A stretch of DNA of 34,578 bases from a virus (Duplodnaviria > Caudoviricetes): IMG/VR virus record IMGVR_UViG_3300048578_000232, positions 1 to 34,578 of that record, one strand, 5' to 3'. Below are positions 34,032-34,578 of the stretch, piece by piece. The notes beneath the pieces were generated by a model, which was not told where the DNA came from, searched no databases, and saw only the letters and a program-made list of their open reading frames with translations. The position numbers were made by a program, and so were the translations under genes. Every line of letters begins with the position of its first letter. Position 1 is the first letter of the stretch.

Positions 34032-34089
34032 GAGCATACATTAGGAATTGTGGTTGGTCATCGGAGGGGAGTCATATATTATTTGTATA

Positions 34090-34578
34090 TTATTGGCATT
34101 GTTTGTCAGATTCAATACTCGATAGTTGATTGATGATTTTGTCTAAACATTTAGGCGTTGGCAGTTGTGAGTTGTAAATTAATCCGAGGTATGAGAATGT
34201 GCTTTTTATATAAGCTGCGCGTGACTTGATGAAGTCGCAAAAATCATTATTTATTATAGTTGGATTGTTACTAACGTCCTCCGATCGATATCCTTTGTCG
34301 TAAATGTTTTTTGCAAATACATGTAGATGTTTTTCAACTGTATTCTCTATTTCATTGTTGGCAATTTCATCGGTTATAAAAGAAGATATGAGCGGTGATT
34401 CTTTTAGGATTTTATCTAAATCTTTTTCATGCTTAATAAGAAATTTGTAATCAAGGTTTGTGTTTTTAATTAATAGTTTTTTTAAATCTTCTATAGAGTT
34501 GAGGAAATTGTCTTGGCCTTCTGTTGATGTTTTTGATTTTTGCAAGTTGTCAACGGTTGTTTCTAGTTCATTTGAAAT
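34090..34578 (-). CDS. AT-rich hypothetical protein, 5' part beyond window edge
   Basis: The frame stays open from the window end (ISNELETTVDNLQKS...) to TAA at 34090, so the TTG start in the ORF track is probably not the real start. Confidence 0.75.
   Translation of the reverse strand: MSNELETTVDNLQKSKTSTEGQDNFLNSIEDLKKLLIKNTNLDYKFLIKHEKDLDKILKESPLISSFITDEIANNEIENTVEKHLHVFAKNIYDKGYRSEDVSNNPTIINNDFCDFIKSRAAYIKSTFSYLGLIYNSQLPTPKCLDKIINQLSSIESDKQCQ

Larger units (their letters stand above)
179..34578. mobile_element. Prophage (siphovirus-like, lambda-type head), right end outside window
   Basis: A tRNA-derived att site is followed by contiguous replication, packaging, head, lysis and tail genes. 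No integrase or second att site is seen. Confidence 0.93.

Overview
Most of this window is the left ~34 kb of a GC-rich siphovirus-like prophage. The host looks like a Desulfovibrio-type deltaproteobacterium, but that is only an impression from composition and gene style. The element is integrated in a tRNA-Arg(CCG) gene: the displaced 3' half of the tRNA and its terminator lie at 87-178 on the minus strand. Gene order from the left: a candidate lambda-like cos site about 400 bp inside att; a P4/D5-type helicase, an iteron-rich origin and a Zn-ribbon/TOPRIM primase; a ParB-fused DNA methyltransferase, two paralogous TerS-like proteins enclosing HD-hydrolase and ASCH genes, and a GpA-type TerL; an accessory island (Xis-like HTH, secreted repeat protein, AT-rich membrane-protein moron, hicAB); lambda-type head genes; a lysis cassette with TraR placed between head and neck genes; a tail (chaperone -1 frameshift, 2003-aa tape measure, very few tip genes, Gly-rich adhesin candidate); and a convergent umuDC with an SRAP-like remnant. 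Integrase, repressor and the other att site are not in the window. All product calls come from reading motifs by eye; no database searches were run. No single new system is proven. The best leads are the att-cos-replication layout, the duplicated-TerS/MTase/HD/ASCH cassette, the fused double head-closure protein, the lipoprotein-like endolysin and the minimal tail tip.
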